Notes: generated by a model not told the origin, from the sequence alone. Shown: positions 1 to 14,933, counted from the whole stretch's first letter. The stretch: 63,585 bases of DNA, filler included, from Sluysia triapertura (GCA_046118255.1; 5 parts of 5 records of this genome joined end to end with filler, not necessarily neighbours in it); one strand, 5' to 3'. Numbers and translations are program-made.

Positions 1-377
1 TCATAAATATAAAAATGTACAATGATTTTAATGGAAATTAACAAAGAAAACATCATAAAATTCCGTGTTTAATTTTCTTTAAATTTGAAATATTTAGAAA
101 TTACACCTAAATAGATGATTGCTTGAAATAAGTTTCTATTCAATTCATTCCTTGAAATCTATGCTCATTTTTCTCTTAAGTTGTTGCTGTCGGAACCTTG
201 AGTATATCTATTAAATTACTTTTATTTGTCTTTCGATTGATTTTAATATTCTTTTGTACTATTTTTGCAGTTTTAATTACATGTAATAACTTCTGTCTAT
301 TATCATTTCTTCTCCACTTCTACTGACTTTTTGTTATGCTTTCTTTTATCTTCTATCATTAATTATTATTATTAGTT

Positions 378-733
378 AAATTATTAGACTAAAACAGGAA
401 AAATACGTTTTTCTTTCGTGGTCATTTAGGAAAATGTTGCGGAAATATGGAAACATCAGTGAGAAATGATGGAGACGACCCAGATAAAAGCCTAAGTAAA
501 AGGTTGGCATGGGCTAACTAACACCAACATTCAACAGAGGATGACTGGAGTCAAGTGACGAGACGTCCTTTCAAGTATTAGATGACAAGATCATCTTTGT
601 AAGAAGGAGACCTAATTAGGAGTTTCACTCTGATTGTGTCAGAAGCTGTGAATCATCCACTTCTGATTAATATCTTGAAAATGTCGAATTTTATCAGAAA
701 AAGTGGTATTTAGTCTAATAATTCGACACCACT
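378..733. mobile_element. Non-autonomous Tc1-like DNA transposon (MITE), decayed
   Basis: Inverted termini AAATTATTAGACTA (378) and TAGTCTAATAATTcGaCACCAC (711-733). The internal sequence matches the reverse complement of 55825-56186, whose terminus reads TA-CAGTGGTGGCCAAATTATTAGACT, a CAGTG-type Tc1 end. Confidence 0.65.
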
Positions 734-1489
734 CTATTTTGTATCTTTTTATTTGTTATATCGTGCTTGAATTAATCGCTGCCAGATATCGGCTCTTTTG
801 ATCTATTTTCGAACGATATATCATCCTTGTCAAAGTGCTATTATCGCGAAATTGTTGTTTTAATACTTTATAAACATCTAATATCACATATACATACTTA
901 TAATACTGGATGACTTCGAAATTAAAGTAGCACTAATTAATTTTTATCGAATAATATCGACAATAATATCATACTTTCACATATTTCGCTTCACCTAAAT
1001 ATAAATAAGATTTAATAATCAATTAATGCAAGAAAAGTACACAAAGTGACTGTTTGACACACACAATTATTCCGCTTCCGGGTACGATTGAGATATTATT
1101 ATTATTATCATAATAATTATTGTTATTCATATTTCGAAGGTGATAAGATATCGTTATAGTTATAACAATAAGTAATTAAAACGTCAAAATAGAACTAATT
1201 CATCGTGGAATTATTTTTACACGACTACAGAAAAACGACCATCATAACTTTAGCACTTGATCCATGGTTACCATTGTATATATACAATTGTGTGTGTGTG
1301 TGGTGTTAGTGTTAATTGTTAGAATTGAAAAGAAAAATTGTGTATATCATTATTCGAAAGTTTATCGAAATACACATTTAAATTTTGATAAAAATTATCT
1401 ATTAGCTATTGTTTCAAAAATCAGCAAATTAAGTTAAATAAAAATATAAAATGTGTAATTAAAATCTGAGATTATTTCTCCTTCTACTA

Positions 1490-1580
1490 TTATAAATAAT
1501 GTTACTATTACCATTGTCATCATAATCATAATCATCATCATCGTCATCATTATTATTATTATTATCATCATTGTCATTAC
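1490..1580. repeat. ATC/ATT trinucleotide microsatellite
   Basis: Runs of catcat/attatt. These explain the low-complexity ORFs 1434-1706 and 1459-1857. Confidence 0.7.
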
Positions 1581-3635
1581 AAACTCTGACTTTATTATTA
1601 TACACACTGTACATCTCTGAATTATGATTACTAAGGGAATTATTGTGGGAAGAATGATCACCATCGCTATCGTCATTGACGACACTGTTCCCGTTATTAT
1701 CGACATCCTGTTTTATTAGTAGATGATCGCCAAAGGTTTCGTAATGGTTCACATAGGTAACTGAGGAAGCTTCGTATTGTGATTGCTTCATGCGACTGAC
1801 CGGGACACTCGCAGCAGACACGACACATCTGAAATCGAGTATAAGTATAATGATCAAACTAATTGGAAGTATGTTTCAGATGAGAATACATTAACAATTT
1901 GCTGGGCTTATAAGAGTTAAATGGAACATAGTGAAACTCAAAGAGCACAATCTAAGTTTCTATTGGATGCCATCTAAGTGGTTGCCATTAAATCCGTGTT
2001 TAATGAAGCTCTTCTCACATCACAGTTCCCCTGATAGAGGAAAATGAATAAATTTCTGGGAAACATTTTGAAAAATAGAAATGAAACTAATTTGCAAGCG
2101 TATCAATACTTGTCAAATATCTGCATAATAAAGATATCATTCTTGTGGTTCTGGGTCAATGTATCAATAAGATGGTACAGTATATCATGTTCTTTTGTTT
2201 GGTAAGTGATGGTAAAAAATAAATTCTAAAAGGTTGTCCTTTCTTTTCTTTATACTTGTGTGACATTTATCTTTGTTATATGTAGATTCCAGAAATATAT
2301 TTACCTTTTGGAATTAATGTTTCGTTCAAATCATTCGGACTTTCACTTCATCAAGCTTTGTCACACAATGCTTCAAGATAAACACAAAGTACGACAAAAC
2401 AGCCCTCATCAAATGTGAAATGATTTGCTAAAATCAATAGTCACCTTGACTGTTTTAACAATGCCAGATAAATTTATTATTTAAATATTCTAATGCGCGA
2501 CAAACAAATTCTTCAGTAGTATTTAGAATAAATTATTATTATTATTATTACAAAATTATCATAATCATTGTCATTATTATTATTATTAACATTAAAATAA
2601 ATTATTTATTTGTAAATAAAGTGATAATAAATTTGTTTCAGTTTCCGACATTTTTATTAGATTTACTATTTATTTCTTATAATAATAGTAGTGATAAAAA
2701 CATGTTTGTTCAATAAGTTATGATGATGAAGTTGATGGAAATGCTGGTGATATTATTATTGTCTGTTGTTGACGCGTGGTCCATTAACCTTAATGAATTA
2801 TAATTGTTACTGATATGGGTGGTGTTTCTGATGTAAGCGACTAGCCCTCATTAAGTTATTAACAGTATTGTTTCGGAAAAGAACTTTATTTTAATAGTTT
2901 GTACGATCGTCAGTTGCACTTTCGATCATCATTTTGATGTATCTATCCAGTCTAATAGGTAACCTTCAAAGGCATCAATGTTAACAAATGTACAGGTTGT
3001 GATAAACGTATTAAGTTGATAAAAATTCATCAAGAATACCGAATTCGTTTTTCTTTTCGTCAAAGTTTGATTTTGTGTGTTTCGAAGTCGGTTTATCAAA
3101 CCTCGTCAGCCTTAAAAATGTACTCTGTTTGTTCTTGATGTAAGAACACATAACCCTTTTTCGATTCTGCAGTAGCGACTTGATACAATCTTATTGTTGA
3201 TACTCAAAATATACTGCTACAACCATAAGGAGTTTGTGATCTTATTTTAGAAAATAATGATTCATTAGACCTAAAACATTGTGTTATCTTGTCCAATAAG
3301 TCGGACTTGCTTATTTTGTCCCTACGACTTGCCTGACTGATCAACAAATAGGAACAAACTTGTAATTACTTAGGCGTCAATGTAAAAATTTCGTTCTCTA
3401 TTTTTCTATCAACAATGTGAAAATAGGATGAGTTATCAACTAGTGTCTCTCTATCTAATGATCCCATCACAAATAGAGTCATTTTTCGAGAAATGTCATA
3501 ATAATTTGACGAAGCTCAATGTGTAAGTTGCACTCTCAAGTCAGATTGTTAATTTTCAATATCTGATGGAAAGATGAATCACTGCTCGGACAACTTACTT
3601 TTCCAGGTCAACATAATGCTAAAACATTATTAAAA

Positions 3636-4089
3636 TTATAGCAAAGTTACGAACTTTTTAATGCGACGAGTTCTTCCATCTGACCACTGGTGCTGCTGTA
3701 CTTCTAGATTGACTGAGTCCGCATATTCTCTGGGCATCATCTGATGACGTGCGTCGATAATTTGTATCTTGATTGGACCGCTTCTTGTTCCATTGATGGT
3801 AGTGCGAGAATGTTGCTGATGAGATGACACTGTATTGACTGACGATGTCAGAGTTGACGAGACACGCGAAGACATCAAGCAAGGAGAATTAGATGACGGT
3901 CTGTGATGCTGATGCTGATGTGTGTACAATGTATTTCTAGCTGGAGAAATGTAATCGGAAGATGGAGATGACGAAGAAGTTTGGGTTTGCAGAATACCGG
4001 TATCGGATGAGTAAACACCGCCACACATAGTTGTCATAGGAGCAGCCATTTGGTTGGGAGTGGCATCGGTATCAAGTGAATGCGAGGAT
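3636..4089 (-). CDS. Terminal coding exon of an unidentified gene (Ser/Thr/His-rich tail ending ...RRIKKFVTLL*)
   Basis: Acceptor ttcaatgtttcAG at 4090-4091. The frame is open from 4088 to the stop at 3636 and GC is elevated. The C-terminal T-L-L fits a class I PDZ-binding motif. Confidence 0.65.
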
Positions 4090-4675
4090 CTGAAACATTG
4101 AAGAAAATCAGTGCAATTTAGAAATCGATTACAACAAGAATCAATAATAACAGTACCAAAATATATTTAGATTGTGTATATATTTGCGTATATCTTCATT
4201 TTTGAATTTTAAATGGAAGTTCGTTTGAAGCTTGTTGCGATGAATACAGAAGCGTTAAGTTTTGTATATGTAAAGGATGAATGCAGAAGAAATAAATAAT
4301 TCCATAAGAGTTTATTCGACTTTCAATGCATAACACATAATTTTGCTATTTCCATACCACAATTTGACAGTAAAAAGTTATCCAACAATTCGTCATTCTG
4401 TGACGCAACAATCTGCAACAATCGTTATATTTCAATTGAAATGTTTATTATTTATACAGATCACAATCCCGCTAAAAGTGACCAGTATTCATCAATAATT
4501 AAATTTATAAACTAAGGAAACTCACTATTCGGTTAACCGAAATTCGAAACTAATTTACATAATAATGAAATTATTAAGTGAAAAGTCATGCAACAATCGT
4601 TTTTAAATTTACAACTAAATATTACGAAAGTTGAAAATAGATTCTCGAAATTCTGTCGAAATTCTGTCACTGAAC

Positions 4676-5110
4676 TATTAGGCTGGTCCACAAATTCGTG
4701 CGCTTCTTGTTTTAGCTAATTTAAGTTATATTCATTCAGCTGAATTATCTATTTAAATCATTCTAGACTAACTTTCAGTTCCATTAACATCATTAAAATG
4801 GAGTGTCAGGTATATAAAAATGACCATTCCTTTTCTATTTCCGCTCCATGTCGAACCATCTTTCTGGTCTCACATTTGTAAACAAAGAAACAATAACAAC
4901 GTGGATTGATCAAAAACTGCCAGAACGCTGAAAGAAATGATCGATTGTGGCGAGAATATCTCAACGATTGAGACTAAGATATTTGTTTTTTTCTAATGAT
5001 TTAATAAATTCATTTTGTCATCTGGAATTTTTTGCACGGTTTTTATTCTTGATCAGTATGTATTTTTCATGATTGTAAAAAACCGCACGAACTTCTGCAC
5101 CAACCTAATA
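4676..5110. mobile_element. Mariner-family non-autonomous element (~435 bp)
   Basis: TIRs TATTAGGcTGGTcCAcAAaTTCGTGCG and CGCACGAACTTCTGCACCAACCTAATA with TA at both ends. They resemble the TATTAGGTTGGTGCA mariner terminus. Confidence 0.85.
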
Positions 5111-5775
5111 CCAAAATATTTTCATTACCGTTTACTTCATAGTTCACAATGAATCGAACAAAATAACACCATCCAATCTAGAAAAATAAAGTCGGATGTG
5201 TGATTTGTTTTAAGGAACTTTAGAAATATTGGAATAAACATTTCTAATAGAAATACATAATATCGTAGAGTCTGGAATGGAACACTTTTAATTAAATTAA
5301 CATTTCATGACCCTGGTTTTTTATTGCCTAGATCTAAAGGTGGTAGTGAGATTCCAGGATTATTCATAGTTGTGCCATTATTATAATTATTATTATGTAA
5401 TCTTAATTGTGGATTATTATCCCCATTAGTATGACAATAATGATTGGATCAGGAATGTGTTTACACATGACAAATGTGATTTTATTGTTTTAAATGTCAC
5501 TGATTGTTATAAAAGTATATATTCTTTGTTTTTACAATAACCTTTTTCTATTAGATAATAACTGCTAGTTCTTCCCATTTTAATTCCTGGAGCACAAACC
5601 ACGCTACATCATATAGTAATCAATGATAAAGTCATCAATCTTGTTTAACTCCACATTTTTAGTGAACAAATATTTGTCAATTCGCAATGAAACGTACTTA
5701 CTAATTCTGTCTTATAAAGTTGTGCTCAAAACATCCGTTAGTTCTAATAGCTGTCTGATACTTACTCAGCATATT

Positions 5776-5885
5776 GTTGGGGAATAGACTATAATTGACT
5801 ATAATAAAATAAAACTGTTAGCATGGCAGCTCGAGGACCCAGGTTCGATTCTTGGTCAGTCCATTTCATGAAGTATAAAATAAAG
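5776..5885 (+). mobile_element. Internally deleted copy of tRNA-derived repeat
   Basis: B-box GGTTCGATTC followed by GGTCAGTCCATTTCATGAAG. The upstream AATTGACTATAATAAAATAAAA is shared with the 23684-23838 copy. Confidence 0.7.
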
Positions 5886-7631
5886 CAGATAAAAAGCCCC
5901 TTTTGGATCTATTTTCTTAATTATATTCCGAGAAATTATATTATAAAAAGCAGTCTCCAGTAAGTGTACCTGGACCACAAGGTAAGTATGGAATCAGAAT
6001 GTATTTGTTCATTTCTTAATCAAATGAACAGTTGGATCTCTTAAAATATTTATATCCTCGATAGACTCACTTTAGAAAATCAAGTGGTAAAAGTTTATAA
6101 AAGCTTCATTAAAATTTAATTATCTTTGGATGAGACAAATGATAGAAAAGTGTTATTTGTGTGGCTCGGCTTTGTTCTCTAATCGGATTATGTTATTCGA
6201 AGTGTAATATGATATTGAAAATGATTCGCGATAAGTTGATTCTTCCTGTAGCGATTAAGAGGCAACTTGTGAATTTATTATGGTGAATGTACTCAGATTT
6301 AAAATGAGGGCAAAATGACACTTAAGACGATTACAAAATGAAAATGTCGATTTAAGGTTTTTGCTACAATTGATATCCATACTTTACAAACTTAAGCAGC
6401 TACTCTTTAGTAGATTGAACACATCCATTACATTCGCTCATAGTTAAAACATTAAAATACTGGAAAATGTGTTAATCGAAATCGAAGAAACAATTAATTG
6501 GTAATTTCGCTAAAATATTTTCTTGAAACTGCAATTGTGGTGGTCAACCCTTAACATTATTAAAATTTGATAAATATAATCCTTAACATTCTAATATTCA
6601 CACATTATATTATTCACAATCTTATAACTCACACTTCAAATTTACATTCAATACCACCAATTTACACCAACAAATCCACCAAAAACACGTTACTCGATAT
6701 TCACAATAATCAAACAACTACATTCGAAATTATCTACTCGATATCTTCGAGTCAATCAAAACACCTTAAATCCATCATTTTTCATTACACAACCACTAAC
6801 AACACAAAAGACAATAACACTTAAAACAACAAGAAAACAAATCACACATAACTTTACACAATAACCTTTCAAATATAGTAAGAGCTCTACTATAATTCAT
6901 CTTGTCGCACTTACTAAGCCACACTCTTCTCAATGTATTTTTTGTTCGCAATCTCTCAATGTTTAAATGCCGCTTTCAGTCAAAAAACATTAGTTATCAT
7001 CTAGAAATTCACTCTAACATTCTACATCGTACTGCATAACAAAGAACGGTTACCATACCATAAAATGTCAAGTATATACTTAAAACCCATTCAAAATAAC
7101 TTTTACGTAAAGATTTTTAGTTTAAGTATATTTAGATTTATTAGAATATATTTAAAATATGTCTAGAAATTGAAGAAAAAGAATACGAGAAATTTATGAA
7201 TTTTTTAAATTATTTTGAAATAAAATAACATTAATAATAATAACAACATTATTGTATTATTAATGTTACAAAATTTTATAATATAATCCAATTTATCAAA
7301 ACTAGTATCTACCATCACCAATATTGACACTACTCATTACAGTAAATACATTTGTGTCAGTATTGATGATGACTATTCACTCAGCATGGCTGCACAATCA
7401 ATCACCCATTAAATTTCTACTCATATTACTGGCCATCCAACCAGAATTAAAATTCATTATTCTACAGACATACAATTCTGGTTGGATGACCAATCACCGG
7501 TTATCTAACACTAAAAATTAATTATAAAAATCACAATTTTGCTAGTGATTAAAAACAATAACAAAAATAAAAATTGAATTTCGAAAACTCCAAAATCAAG
7601 AACTATTGATATATCTAATTCGCGACTAACG

Positions 7632-9500
7632 ATGCTTCTAACAACTGTTAGAAATTTTGACTTCAAATGTGATAAGACAATTACAATTAGTATATTTAAT
7701 TTTTCTAATCCATTGGAAATTGGCCAGTATTCTGGTGATATTTTATTTATCGAATCTTATAATGAAACATTCTGGTTTAATGGTTTAAGACTATGTACTG
7801 ATGCTAAGATTTATTTAGTAGATCAATGTTTGAAAGATTATAAATCAATATTAATGTCGAATTATTTTAGGAAATTTTAAGGTAATTCAGAAGTTGATAT
7901 ATAAGTTCAGCGTTGAACCGATTAAATTGATTACATTGACTAGTCCTATTTCAATTCAATTATGTCCATTATTCTTACCAGAATCTTACTATTTTATAAA
8001 TACAATAGAACATCTAATAAAATCTAGTTACAATAATCGTTCTAGCACTGCGAACTTACAATTATGCCTATTGAGTTTTTCTGTGAAACAAATAGATGAA
8101 TTAATTAAAAAGGCCTAATAATAATAAGTACATCTTACTTAAAGATGAAAAAGATATTCTATTTGTTTAGTCAATTTCGAATCTTTATAAATCAATTGTA
8201 CATATTGAAATTGATTTAATCTATACAAAAAGTTCCAACATCAGAACCAAAATTTGAAATTAGCAAACTAATTCAATGTAACGATGATTTTAGAGGTAAT
8301 TCACTTCCTAATTTCGGTGAAGAATATTTAAAAATGCGTCGTTCTGATCGTATCGAAATAATTTTATTAACCAGATCGTTTTATGAAGAATGTGTAATAC
8401 CAGGACCTGTACTTATCGTGCCATTTTACAGATATGTGAAGTTATTCACGACTTTGTGCAATACTAAACAATTGGAGAAACTTACTTCTACATGTTCAAT
8501 AAACAGCGATTTCGTGACTTTATTAGAACTGTCATGCGTACGTTCAGAATTATCATTATGGGTGTTAAAACGACGCGGGCATCTGTGAAATGATACCAAG
8601 ATGGAATACAGGACTAGTGTTAAAGCGACACGTGAATCTCTGAAATCTATAAATGTACACCAGAGTATATAATTGAGAAAGTAACCAAAGTCACCGTCAT
8701 CAACCAAAAATCGAAAGATGTAAAATTTTGTTTTATTAAAAAATATTATAATTTATGTGATTATTTTAATTTAGATGATCGTTTTGAAGCCAGGGAACGT
8801 GATATGAATCATGATACAGCGATGAATGTCTTGACTGATAACTTTAGATTAAATAAAAATTTTTTAGTTATTGTTCAATGCATTAGCTATTTTTGTAAAT
8901 CATTTAATAATAAATTATTTAATAATCTCGAACCTTTTATATTTAATGAATATAATATTAATAATCGTATGAAAGAACATATATATTTAAATTGGACTTC
9001 ATCAAAATAAATATAATTTTACTTAATTTGAATCAATGCAAAATAATTCCTTTAAAGTTTAAACCAAAACTTAACATATCTAAAGCAATAATTGATTCCA
9101 CATGTCTTAGGATCATTCTGCCAATACTTCTTACATTTTCTAACTATCAAAGCAATTATTTGTCGATCTTCACAAGATTTTCGATTCTTCTAATTTGAAT
9201 ATTACAAAATGTTTTAAAATTCTTTTCTACTATCGATGATAATAAATTATCTTTCTCAGAAATGGATAGCAAAATTTATTCGTTATTTTTTTCTGTTACG
9301 TTCTCCAAATTCCTGCTTAAGTCATTTTTATTTTTTGGATAGAAATATTTCGTATATTTTGACTTTTACCGATCTACGCTTATTAATCCCGCTAGTTTGA
9401 AGGTTACTTCTATTGTGAACTTTATTGGTGAACAGTATTATTAATTTCGTCAGCGTAAAATCTATACAAATTTAACCTTTAATGTAGGTCATTAAAAAAT
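7632..9500 (+). pseudogene. Decayed long ORF of unknown family (repeat-borne), with probable intron ~8720-8774
   Basis: Chain of ORF fragments (7632, 7894, 8334, 8804, 8992) in successive frames, with a GT...TTTAG intron and a downstream AATAAA region. It is similar in layout to 36790-37900. Confidence 0.5.
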
Positions 9501-10020
9501 TTCTTTCGCCTACTGACACTGGTTTTTCTATTTAACCTTTTAATTTTTAATAATGATTGTTGAGTTAAATCATTATAGATATTACAGCCTAACTTTAATG
9601 TTAAATATTATTAAAATAAATTAATTAATATTATTTAAATGTTAATTTTTGTAAATGTTAATATTTTAATAAAGGAAATGTAAAAAAGTTATATCAATAT
9701 CATTAATAAATAGAGTAAATTAAATCCTAATAAATATTTTTAATTTGTTCCATAAATCTTAATAAATATTGTAAATAAAATTATTTGTTTTTAATTTGTT
9801 TTAATAAATTATTTTTAAAAACAATCACTATGGTTGCCCAAATTTCATTGTAAATAGAGTTAAATTTGGAAGCCATTTGTTGAACAGAACAAAATAAAAA
9901 TACAAGAGAAATTTGTTACGTTCGATTTGGAAAAAAGGATTAGGTAGTTTCCATGTAGAAGAATATTTTAATATCCCCACCTTATGTAGGAGAATTTAAA
10001 ATCTCCTTGAATTCATTACC

Positions 10021-11596
10021 ATTGTACCTAGACCTTAAAGGCTAGGTTAATTTTTTATTTAAAATCTTAAGTGAAAATTAAAATTATTATTGCAATTATA
10101 GTTTAGTTTACTGTTTTATTAGTTGTTTCAATTTTATCTTCTTTAGTAGTAATAATGTAGATGATGTATTTTCCACGCATTACTATTATTATTTTACTTT
10201 GAAAATCAGTCAAGTTCAATTTTCGAAATATTAAAATAATCATACTGATACCATTTCTGCTGAAAGTGAAAGTTTAGTATACAATAAAGACAAAATTACG
10301 AAACAAAACGTTATTACGTAAATCCAAATTTCGAGTCAAATTATGGAGCTTAATTAATATATAAAACTTTATTTTAAAAAACTAATGGTCCAAGACGATT
10401 AGAAAACAATTTATTCAACAAATTACTAAAATATCAAACATTTTATTTTAACAAAAATTCATTGAGAATCAATAAAGAAGGTTCTGAAAGTGTTTTCTTT
10501 CGCTTTCAATAATACCTTCATATGACTTGATGGTTCTTTCAATAATACCTTCATATGACTTGATTGTTCTTTCAATAATACCTTCATATGACTTGATTGT
10601 TCTTTCAATAATACCTTCATATGACTTGATGGTTCTTTCAGAATGTTTCGCTGGATTTCCTTGCTTTTCTGCTAAATCCATAACTTCAACTCGTTCTTGA
10701 TGAATCCCCATAAGTCACATGGATTTATGTCTGGCGACTATATGGCCAATTTCTCCGCATCCAACTCAATAACTCGATTGTCAAAGTATTCATTCCATCC
10801 TCATGAATTTTCGTCATTTGAGATGAGAGAAATGACTTGGTCACATAGAAACTTCAAATTTACTTCTCAGTTGACGTATGCATTAATAAATATGGAACTA
10901 ATAAGGCAGACCAGCCAGTTACTCTTTTTGGATGCAAACGCGTTATTATTATTGAATGATGTGGGTTATCCGTTCCACAAATCCTTTTAGTTGGAAATGC
11001 GCCTCATCGCTAAACCAGATCTTTGTAAAATCAATTTCTCTGCTCTGCTTCATCGTTGTCATTCGGCTGGCGAATTTCAAACACTTGTTCGGTGTTTGTT
11101 GACTAATTGATTGGTTCAACTATATCTCGTAAGACCTTTCTTGCCGAGGTTGATGGTTTGTGACGACGATTTCACTGACTTTCCTGATATTTTCTTCAGT
11201 CCTGGCAGTCTTTTCCGCTTCCTTCATTCCCTCAATATCACATAAGACACTTCCTGTTTCACAAAACTTGTTGTAGGTTCTAAATTAAATTAAGAGGTGA
11301 CGAATAATTAATTTACCTACCATTTAACATTTTAAGAATTCAATGTAAGTGCTTTTCCAAATTTTTCCTGAACAATTTCAGTGTTTTAACCAAATATTTT
11401 GTTTCATGATACGTCGTTGAAACCACGAAAATGCGATGATGAGCACTCTATTCTTTCATTATAACATTATTTAAAAGAAAAACTGATAGAAATAGGAGTT
11501 TTAAAAAATAAAATTTTAAAAAAGGTTTGTTACATAATATTTATATGAAATTTTTCAATAATGTAACACCCTTTAAAACAAGAGTCTAGGTACAAT
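10021..11596 (-). mobile_element. Decayed Tc1/mariner transposon (maT/rosa-like transposase pseudogene ~10469-11460)
   Basis: Minus-strand translation gives KFCETGSVLCD..KTARTEENIRKV and IWFSDEAHF (first catalytic Asp), with stops and frameshifts. The inverted 13-mer ATTGTACCTAGAC lies at 10021 and 11584-11596. Confidence 0.85.
10504..10639. repeat. 33-bp tandem repeat, ~4 copies
   Basis: Unit CTTTCAATAATACCTTCATATGACTTGAT(G/T)GTT, which encodes ERTIKSYEGII on the minus strand. Confidence 0.95.
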
Positions 11597-12767
11597 CCAA
11601 TGTTGCATTCACTGCATTGAAACTTTGTACCTTTTCTTCTTTTTCTCTTCTGTACGTGCGAATGCATAAATGCATTGAAGCTCTGATGAAAAATGTGGAT
11701 ATAAAGTGTATTTTGTTTAGAAATATATGATGAAAAATGAAATTGAGAGTGTTAAATTGATTAAAAACAACATTTTATTGATAAAATAATTCATTTTTTA
11801 AAAATAACTGCTAAGGTTTAAAAAAATTTCTTTCGTATTTTGCCTTTCTTATATTCTAAACTTTCACTTTGCAGAAATTATCGATTGCATATCCGTTAGG
11901 CCATCCTCTATATGAAAGAAAGCTATTAATATATCTATACTTATAATGTTTTGTTTTAGCATGAAGTTGAATATAGTTCAGTGATAAAGTTTCTGTAGTA
12001 TAAGGAAATAAAGGAAAATAAATATTCAAATAATTGAGCAATGAATATAAAAATGAATGCTTATCGTATTAAACAAAGAAATTTAAAAAGCACATATCAC
12101 AAATGATGCCACTATAAACTAATTTATTTGAGAAATAACAGCAAACAAATAAATGCTAAATATAATCAAACATTATTGAGAACAATGTGAAAAGTAAACT
12201 AAAAATATAAGGCACTCTTTTCTTCATGACAATGTCCCAATACACAATAAACGCGAAAAAATAATCAAAGAATTAGATCTAATTAAATTAAAACATTCTC
12301 TAAAGAATCCTAACTTAGCTCAGTGTTGTTCGAAGTTCTTGAGAGAAGAAATTTGAGACTTCTAGAAGCATGGAAGACCTTGTAATAATAAAACAAACGT
12401 AACTTTTATAAATGTTAATGCTTGCCAAATAATTTAGATTAAAACAAAAAATAATAAATTTAGATGTTACACAGAGATTTTAATTACCATGTTTTACACT
12501 AACTTGTCAAGCAATAAAGCCTGTGAATTTTAGCACGAATTATGCTGAATATGTTAAAATTTGACCATCGTTCTGTAATCCTTTTGACTAGGCCTTCAGC
12601 CGACTCTTTTTAATTAAAGCTTAATATTAGCTTCTAGTGAAGTTTATTAATTGTACATTTCACTGTTATAATAATCATAATATGCACAATAATTGTCCGC
12701 ATGTGCGAAAATGTGACAATTTTAAAATCTAATTTCGACAAAAAATTAACTTGAATATGAATAAATA

Positions 12768-14036
<1,269 letters not shown>

Positions 14037-14564
14037 TAGCTCTTAAACGTATGATAATATAGACTTTTTCAACTTAAATGTATATTAAATATATTTTAAT
14101 ATAAGTCAAATTATATCGTTTGAATTAATTTTTTTATTAAAATTAATTTCTTTAAAATTACATCAGTTACAAAATTTGAAAAAATAATTATTATTTTAAT
14201 AATAAAAAATTCTAAAATTTATTTTTAAATTATTTACAAATAAATTTAAATATTAGAATTTTAAAACGACAAAAATGAATCAAATTGTAATATTAAATAA
14301 GTATTAATTTATAATAGATAGGTATTAAAAAAATATATTTCTCATGATAAATTAGATACATTTTTAGTTATTATTGATTTATGTACATTAACCTTTTGTA
14401 TACGAATTTATAAAAACTGCAAAGTGTGCTGGAACTGATTTTTTTAACTCAGTGATTCCTAAATAAACTATTTTTATGAACAATCTTACTCGTCATATTA
14501 CGTTTTTATATATAATATTTGTCTTTTGAATTAAATTTTATAAATCTTAGGTATGCATAAGACT

Positions 14565-14700
14565 GTTTGGATTCATAAGTGTGTTAGGAAGTTAGGAAGC
14601 AATATATATAGCTATAAAATGAAGAGAGAACTGGTATGAACTGATGGATTGAACATTATAAACATTGTCGAAAAAAGAATCAAAAATTAAGACATAATAA
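14565..14700 (+). repeat. Truncated copy of dispersed repeat family A
   Basis: Matches 16579-16700 (TGATGGATTGAACA.TATAAACATTGTCGAAAAAGAATC). Confidence 0.75.
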
Positions 14701-14933
14701 TGTTTTTATCCTAGCTCTCTATTAACCACGTAAACTTGTCTTTATTTTAGTATTATTACCGAAGAAAAAGATCCAATGAGTGTTATCCACAACTCAATTG
14801 AATCCAGCGTCCTTACAGCAAGAAGTTGTTTCATTAGTTCTGATCTTTGGCTTTTGACTATTTTGTCGCTGTTAGTTACTGTTAGCGTTTTCTTTTTTTG
14901 TGTTGTGTTTCAAAAAGTTAGCTCTTTATATAG

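Noticed and set aside
1434-1857. ORFs of 90 and 132 aa
   Set aside because: They are explained by ATC/ATT microsatellites and have no credible start or domain.
6190-6290. IRDKLILPVAIKRQL resembling a SOCS box
   Set aside because: Short match in a stop-riddled region with no supportable gene model.
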